From Eledone cirrhosa (lineage: Eukaryota), in NCBI GenBank assembly GCA_964016885.1, contig OZ024746.1, positions 82,274,001 to 82,338,000 on the forward strand: 64,000 nt of DNA. The letters are read 5' to 3'. The notes beneath the pieces are model-generated. The model worked only from the letters and a program-made list of their open reading frames with translations, made no database searches and had not been told where the DNA came from. Position 1 is the first letter of the stretch; each line of letters starts with the position of its first letter. A program made the translations under genes and the position numbers. Shown one piece after another: positions 63,341-64,000 of this stretch.

Positions 63341-64000
63341 TTATACATAATGTCTGAATCGTTAGACTTTAAATTTTACCTCATGTAGGTACTATATTAT
63401 TTCAATAGACATTTTCTAATTATCATCATCACCACTACCATTTAACATCCATTTTCCCTGCTAGCAAGAGTTGGACAGGTTGTCACAGACCAAGTCTGAG
63501 CTCAAGTAGAGCTACTGACCTCTTAAATGGGCTAGAAGCCAGCATCTCGCTTATGTTAATGTACTCTACCAAATGCTCAAGTCTACCAGAGTAGTTGTCA
63601 TGTCTTTGACACAGCTGAAGAGTTCTCCTGATTCTTTGTTTGGCAGTTTTTTTTATGGATGCTTGCCCATCCTATCATCAACCACTTTACAGACTGCCCT
63701 GGGTATGATTATCATCTAGGTCACCAACAAAAGAAAGGTTGTTGTGCCCTTAACACAACTGGAGAGTCATCTCAACCCTATGATATAAATAGCTGTCAGT
63801 ATGAAGGAAAGTATACATTCATAAAATAACTATTTTAAGTTGTTTTTTTTTAAGCATACATTGAAAGCAAATGTCATTTTTGTTTTGTACCACTCTGATA
63901 ATGTACAAAGCTAAAATCAATCCTATGCTCTAATTCGTTTTTAAAAAATATATAAAATAAAAGCCAAGACTTGTTTTTTGTTTTTTATATTGTAGAATAT

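Overview
AT-rich, repeat-dense, intron-containing animal DNA. The SINE, LINE and microsatellite landscape suggests a cephalopod (octopus-like), which is an inference. Three protein-coding genes can be assembled by hand from GT-AG exons with consistent phases. (1) MTHFR (methylenetetrahydrofolate reductase), + strand, 9 coding exons, 4756-28454, 632 aa. (2) PTCD2 (mitochondrial pentatricopeptide-repeat protein 2), - strand, 9 coding exons, 46995-32653, 397 aa, tail-to-tail with MTHFR. (3) The first coding exon (47256-47328, +) of a glucose-6-phosphate 1-epimerase-like gene, head-to-head with PTCD2 across a ~260-bp putative bidirectional promoter with ETS-CRE, E-box and YY1-like motifs. The rest is tRNA-derived SINEs, RTE/CR1/CRE LINE remnants, piggyBac/hAT/Tc1-mariner MITEs, non-autonomous Helitrons and (TA)n tracts. 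The most unusual signals are: several minimal type I hammerhead-ribozyme-like motifs, often as divergent inverted pairs next to (TA)n (Penelope-like ends); a 29-bp intronic satellite with 13/15/13-unit higher-order structure that appears to derive from a dispersed repeat; a direct-inverted-direct template-switch triplication; a decayed 2A-like motif; and a speculative antisense gene nested in MTHFR. All calls were made by eye, with no database searches.
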